Origin: Heterodontus francisci
Lineage: Eukaryota
DNA: 64,000 nucleotides
Direction of reading: 5' to 3'
Assembly: GCF_036365525.1 (NCBI RefSeq)
Contig: NW_027140453.1
Location: 372,001 to 436,000, forward strand
Positions 60,897-64,000 of this stretch are shown here, piece after piece. The notes under the pieces are model-generated. The model was not told the origin of the DNA. It searched no databases and saw only the letters and a list, made by a program, of their open reading frames with translations. The position numbers and the translations under genes were made by a program. The number at the start of each line of letters is the position of its first letter. Positions within the stretch are counted from its first letter, which is position 1.

Positions 60897-63164
60897 ACCC
60901 AGGGACAAGATTTAAATTGACATCGGCCACGATGAGGGGACAGGCACGATGGGCCGAACGATCTCCTGTGTGCCCTAAATGTCCCGTGTTTCTTTGTAAA
61001 AAGGGAGAGGTGGGAGAGGGAGAGATGCACAGAGAGAGAGAGAGACTCAGAGAAAGACATAGAATGATATAGAGTGAGAGAAAAGGAGAGAAGCAGAGAC
61101 AGAGAGAGAGAGAGTCAGAGAGAGAGAGAAGCACACAGACAGAGGGAGAAAAACAGCAACAATCTATACATGGACAACAGACGTGAAGGAGCTAAGAGGA
61201 CAGGGAGAGAGAGAAAGAGAGACAGAGAGAAAGGGAGAGTGGGAGGGACAGACATTGAGGTACATATATCGTTAGACAGAGAGAAAGAGATATGTAAATA
61301 AATATTGATAGATAGAGATTCTATATAGATAGATAGTGAAATAGGCAGATTATACAGATAATTAGATAAAATAGATAGACAGATAGATAGAATGATGGAT
61401 AGAGAGACAGATAAATAGACGGAGAGATAGATAGATATAAAGATAGATATGCAGATTCATAGATAGATAGATTCAGAGAAAGGGAGATACAGAGAGATAT
61501 ATGGTGCAATAGACATTCTGATAAAGACCAGAGGTGTAATGAACAACAATACTGTCATGTATGGGGTAAATGTCACTCTAACACGTGCTTTTATTGTTTA
61601 GCTGCCAGTCTTAAAAATAAAGTACTGTTGTTCTGAAGGATTCACTATCACACCATTTGTACAAAATGAATACATTTTATTTACCTTCCAAACACTAATC
61701 TGCACACAGGATACAGATTTCCACTCCCCTTTGTGTGAAGAAGTGTTTCCTGACATCACTCCTGAATAGCCTGGCTCGAAGTTTGGGTTTAGACCACCTT
61801 GTTCTGCCCCCGTGCCCCGCCCTCAACAAGAGGAAATAGTTTATCTCCATCTACCCTATCAACCCATTCAATCATTTTAAACACCTCAGTCAGATCACCA
61901 TTTAATCTTCTATACCTGAGGGAATAAGGAACAAGCAATGTAAACATGTTGGGTGTTGCATTTCCTTCACCCTTGATTGACTGATCAAAGATATTTTCAG
62001 AAACTCTGAACACAGGAAATCTTTCATAGAATCAGAGACTGGTTACAGTACAGAAGGAGTCCATTCCGCCCATCGAGACCATGCCAGCTCTCTGCAAGAT
62101 CAACCCAGCTAGTGCAACTCCTCCTATCTCTCATGTCAATTCAATTTGTCGCCATAACCACCTGCAAATTCCTCTGCGCTGTTTCCTTCGCATGCTCTTG
62201 TGGAAGGACTTTGTCAGCACAACACAGCAACAGAATCGCATTGCACAGAGAGACACAGAGACAGGAAAGGCACCGTCAGGATGTGTGGTTATCAGAGTGC
62301 AGCTGTAAATGTTTCAACATGTTCACGGATGCAGCAAGAAAAAAACAGCCTGTTTTGTGGGTTTAACCGACACACATTTGTATTTTTCCACTCCTAGGCC
62401 CGAGGCAAAACAGTAGGTTAAAGGGTAAGGTAACAAAGTGTTATGTTCCTGGGCTAGTAATGTAAAGGCCTGGGCTAATAACCTGGAGATGTGAATTCAA
62501 ATCCCAGCATGCTGGATTATTTCAATTCCCTTCATTAGATAAAGCTTGATTGATGAAAAGCTGCTCTCAGTCATGGTGAACATTAACCTACAGTATTGGA
62601 CAAAAAACTCATCGTCACTGAGAGAAAGAAACCTGCCATCCTTATCCGCTCTGGCCTAAGAGGTGACTCCAGTCCCACAACAATATGGTTGATTCTTAAA
62701 GGGCCCTCTGAATTGGCCGGGCAAGACAGTCGGTCATACAAAAGCTGTGACGGGAACAGACAGCAATGGGGGTGGGCTCATCGCCATCTTCTCAAGGACG
62801 GTGAGGTGGTGGGCACTGAATACTGCATAACAGTGCCACAACCACATCCTGTGAATGAAAGCAGATAGAGAGATTGAGAAATATAATAGAATAGAGGCCT
62901 CAACACGGGTGTGTGTACACTGCATGGCCTGTCCTCACCCCCAGACACATCATCTGGTCTGTTTCAATCTTTCCCCTCACTGCTCTGTAGCTAACCCCAG
63001 CCTCCTCCATGCAAGCGATACATGCACAGTTACTTGGCTGAGCTCCCATCCAGCATCCCTCATTAACATTCCCCAGTAACCCTCCATCCTAAACTCCCAC
63101 AAAATGCTCATGTGCCTGCTGTGTTATTTCCACCAACTTCACCAATCCCTTTCGACACCCCTAA

Positions 63165-64000
63165 ATGTTGGTGTTGTTCTCCTGCTGAAGATGTTGTTGA
63201 ATTTGTTGGTGTCTTCTTCCGACTGAAGTTGTTGTTGAACTTCTTGGTGCCTGCTTCTGACTGAAGTTGTTGTTGAATTTGTTGGTGCCTTCTTCTGACT
63301 GAAGTTGTTGTTGAAATTGTTGGTGCTTTCTTCCGACTGAAGTTGTTGTTGGATTTTTGGTGTTTTTCTCTCCTGCTGAAGTTATTGTTGGATTTGTTGG
63401 GTTTTGTTTTACTGCAGCTGAAGTTGTTGTTGTATTTGTTGGTGTTTTTCTCCTGCTGAAGTTATTGTTGAACTTGTTGGTGTTTTTCTACTGCTGAAGT
63501 TGCTGTTGAATTTGTTGGTGCTTATCACCTGCTGACTGAAGTTGTTGTTGTATTTGTTGGTGTTTTTCTCCTGCTGAAGTTATTGTTGAACTTGTTGGTG
63601 TTTTTCTCCTGCTGAAGTTGTTGTTGAATTGTGGGGCTTTTTAACTGTTGCTGAAGTAGTTGTTGTATTCGTTGATTTTTTTTCCTGCTGAAGTTGTTGT
63701 TGAATCTGTTGGAGTTCTTTACTGCCTGCTGACTTTGTTGTTGAACTTTTTGGTGTTTTTCTCCTGCTGAAGTTGTTGTTGTATTCATTGATTTTTTTTT
63801 CCCTGCTGAAGTTGTTGTTGAATTTGTTGGTGTTCTTTAATCCCTGCTGACTTTGTTGTTGAATGTTTTGGTGTTTTTCTCCTGCTGAAGTTGTTGTTGT
63901 ATATGTTGAATTTTTTTTCCGCTAATGTTGTTGAATTTGTGGTGTTTTTCTCCTGCTGAAGTTGTTGTTGTAATCGTTGATTTTTTTTTTCCTGCTGAAG
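63165..64000 (+). repeat. ~38-bp TG-rich minisatellite running off the window edge
   Basis: Unit approx. CTGCTGAAGTTGTTGTTGAATTTGTTGGTGTTTTTCTC. Confidence 0.9.

Noticed and set aside
61141-61171. MYRLLLFFSL as leader of V 60551
   Set aside because: Short, weak donor, embedded in a CT-rich tract; possible but not supportable.

Overview
This is eukaryotic genomic DNA from a cartilaginous fish (shark). The C-region protein looks like horn shark (Heterodontus-type) TCR beta; that is my recognition, not a database hit. The window holds the 3' part of the T-cell receptor beta (TRB) locus on the minus strand. In transcriptional order it reads: 4 full-length V exons plus one truncated V and orphan leaders (47.3-61.2 kb), a ~13 kb gene-free spacer with a CTCF-like motif pair and two minisatellites, D1 (33.9 kb) with 10 J, D2 (24.7 kb) with 18 J including relics, and a single 4-exon C gene (8992-5852). 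A candidate enhancer lies at ~2.1-2.4 kb. Most remaining DNA is CR1/RTE LINE and SINE debris, simple repeats and four N gaps, and nearly all other ORFs in the track come from those. The most notable points are: two D-J clusters share one C; a TRBV30-like (CAWS) V family sits in the 5' array while an inverted copy of its flank lies 3' of C; the last J reads in frame into C without splicing; the D-proximal V has an odd, possibly unspliced leader; and candidate CTCF, enhancer and D-promoter modules are visible in sequence.
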